This document shows, piece by piece, positions 61,706-64,000 of a DNA stretch of 64,000 bases. This DNA comes from Camelus dromedarius (taxonomy: Eukaryota). Under the pieces are notes generated by a model, which was given only the letters and a program-made list of their open reading frames with translations, searched no databases and was not told the DNA's origin. The position numbers and the translations under genes were made by a program. Where the stretch lies: the NCBI RefSeq assembly GCF_036321535.1, contig NC_087437.1, positions 114,826,001 to 114,890,000 of the forward strand. Direction: 5' to 3'. How positions within the stretch are numbered: position 1 is the stretch's first letter; every line of letters starts with the position of its first letter.

Positions 61706-62429
61706 GGCTGCCTTTTGGAATGATGATGACCCTGTGTTCTGATTAATTTAAAAACACTGCTTTCCTAAATGCCCCAAAGCACTAGGTAGTCCCAACCTAT
61801 ATTTAAGTTTCAGTGAATTAAAAGTAATTTTCTTTTGAGAATATACTGAGTGTTTTACAAGTGACCCAGAGATAGCTGAGAAGGCATTGGGAGGCTTGGC
61901 CACTGTCACGGCCATGACACCCGCTTAGCGCCCTTCACTGGGACCCAAAAAGTGGAATAAACTCTTCCCCGTCATTAGTGTGGAAGCAGATATTCTATAG
62001 ACTCCATTTGATAGCTCTTCTACATCTAGGTACCTCAGGGCAGTTTTAGTAATTCCAGTGGAGGCAGAATTTGAGGTGCCCTAAAGTATGTGGTTTGCCA
62101 ACAATCATCCTCTCATCTGGAGGGACGGCCAAACCCCCTCTGAGCTGGGGTTTCTCGGGTGGCATCTGGAACGTTGGTCCCTGGCACGTGAGTGCACAGT
62201 GCTTGTCCCACTTCTGCCCTTTCCACACACCTGGCCCCAGTTCCTGTCTCCTCTCCAGCAGGGGCCCTGGACCATCTGCTCCCACTTCCATGGTCCTCCC
62301 AGGTCCATCCTGTGGGTCTCAGTCCTTACTCCTGGCCTTCTCCAGTCCTTGGTAACCCGTCCCCAGGGCCCTGCTCTATCCTCTCAGCTCCTTCCCTATG
62401 CCAGCCACGGCCACCATGCTGGGTGGGAC

Positions 62430-62900
62430 GCACGTGCCCCCAGCTCACTCCCCACAGAGATGGTGGAGGGCTGGGCAGCAACCCCGCTGAAGGGCAAACA
62501 GCTCCTCTGAGTTGCTACCTAGGCATTCACAGTGTGATCGCCCTGCTCACACCGAGTCTGGACATTCAGATTGCGGCTGGAGGTTAGGATTCCCACCCCA
62601 AGTTCCCTCCCGCTTCACCTTTCCTGGGGCACCTTTCCCAGGAGAAAAGTGAGCAACTGCGCCCCCCACCTCCTAAGTCACAGGTGCCTGCCGTCCCGCT
62701 CACTGTGACCTGGGACGGACAACGGCCCTTCCTCCGGCTCGTAGCACCCTTCCTTTTCTGGGCTCTGTAAGTAATAAATCTTGTCACTTTACTTCCTTTG
62801 TGTGAAGATACTGTAACTGCGCCTTGGATCTAAATGACCCGGGGTTTTTACTTCCCCAGAGCGAGAGTTCAGATGCCAAGGCAGCGACCTGCCAACCCCG
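62430..62900 (+). mobile_element. Ancient ERVL-type solo LTR
   Basis: LTR-like U3/R end ctgtaagtAATAAAtc (62773-62778) followed by T/G-rich U5; subfamily not determined. Confidence 0.45.
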
Positions 62901-63004
62901 TGTGGGTGGATTGCGCCTCCTCATTCAGCGGATCACCGTCTGTCCATTCTTGACCTAATACACTAGCCCCGGCCTCCCAACCCCTCCCCCCACCTCCACC
63001 CCGG

Positions 63005-63387
63005 CCAGTTCATGTCCACCCAGAGCCCCAGAATGTGACCTGATTGGAAAACAGTACCCTGGCAGACGTAAGGAGTTAAGAGGAGGCTGTACTGGAGAAG
63101 GGTGGGCCCCTAATCTACTGTGCAGATGTCCTCAGAAGGAGGCTCTATAGAGACAGAGGGACACACCGAGGGAGAAGGCCACGTGAAGGTGGAGGCAGAG
63201 GTGTGGGTGATGCCTCTACACAGCCAAAGCCAGGGGTTGCCATCAGCCACCAGAGGCTCCTGGAGAAGCTTCCAGAAGGAGCCAGCCCTGCAGACTGTGG
63301 TCTCCAGAACCGTGAGGCAATAACTGTGTGTTGCTTAAACTGCCTGCTCGGCCCCATTTGTTTCAGCAGTGCCAGGAAACTAACACA
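63005..63387 (+). mobile_element. MLT1C-like MaLR solo LTR
   Basis: ttcatgtccacc..cagaatgtgacctgattggaaa..gccacgtgaaggtggaggcagag..ggaaactaacaca. Confidence 0.85.
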
Positions 63388-64000
63388 GGGACCCGACGGG
63401 CCGGCCGACCTCCCCGGCCTCCCCGCAGGGAGGAAGCACAGGACCCCAGTGAGACTTCCAAGCAGACATGCTGTTTACCCTCAGACAGGCTTCATCCCCG
63501 GAGCCGCATCCTCGCACAAGCTGACCAGCGGGACTCTGTCCTAAGCCCACCTTTGTACTTAGCGCTCTTTCTAGGTGTCCAGTTCTCTGATCTCCCTCTT
63601 CAGCCCACAGACTGGCTCCCAGCTTTGGGCCGGGTACCACCTCAGGTAGGGCAAACGGTGATGGACTGCAGCCACACGCCATTTAGGGAGGGGATGGGTC
63701 CTGGCAGTCAGGGAAGCTGCTTTTCTGACCTGAGTCTGAGATACCACTGGGGCAGGGGGGGACCTCTGAACCAGCTCTGTCATAACCACCTCTCCAGGAG
63801 ACCTGAGATGTGCCAGATCCCTCCGGGGACCACACACCGGGGGACAAATTTTCACATGAAAAGAGAAAATTCCCCTATGCTGTTGGAGATCGCTGAGACA
63901 GACAGCAGCTCCGTTCACGTTCACCCATTTCTGTCCTGTCAGCCAAGATGAGCGTTCAGCACGACCCCGAGTGTCCTGTCCTGCCTTCCTGGTTGCAGAC

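Noticed and set aside
1..64000. CRISPR arrays, operons or other prokaryotic systems
   Set aside because: Mammalian repeat landscape; no repeat-spacer arrays or dense coding sequence

Overview
Mammalian, almost certainly camelid (camel/alpaca/llama), genomic DNA: a tRNA-Ala-derived Vic-1-type SINE sits at ~23.3 kb and the young L1 3' ends are artiodactyl-like. I recognise no protein-coding gene. The long ORFs in the track are chance ORFs in GC-rich DNA or translations of repeats (L1 ORF2 C-terminus, MLT1, microsatellites). The window looks like gene desert or large intron, with many interspersed repeats: seven MLT1B/C-like MaLR LTRs, older LTRs, L1 3' fragments, L2, MIR, and hAT and Tc2 DNA transposon relics. 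The repeat-free blocks look regulatory: a triple-ETS promoter-like element at ~29.4 kb, a CpG island at ~54.5-55.1 kb, a CTCF site with upstream motif at ~25.65 kb and several homeobox/Fox/TCF-rich enhancer-like blocks. The most interesting hypotheses are a spliced, polyadenylated minus-strand lncRNA from the ETS promoter, an L1 orientation bias suggesting minus-strand transcription, and a possible L1 3' transduction. I found no convincing novel biological system. Repeat subfamily names come from my recollection of consensus sequences, and boundaries are approximate.
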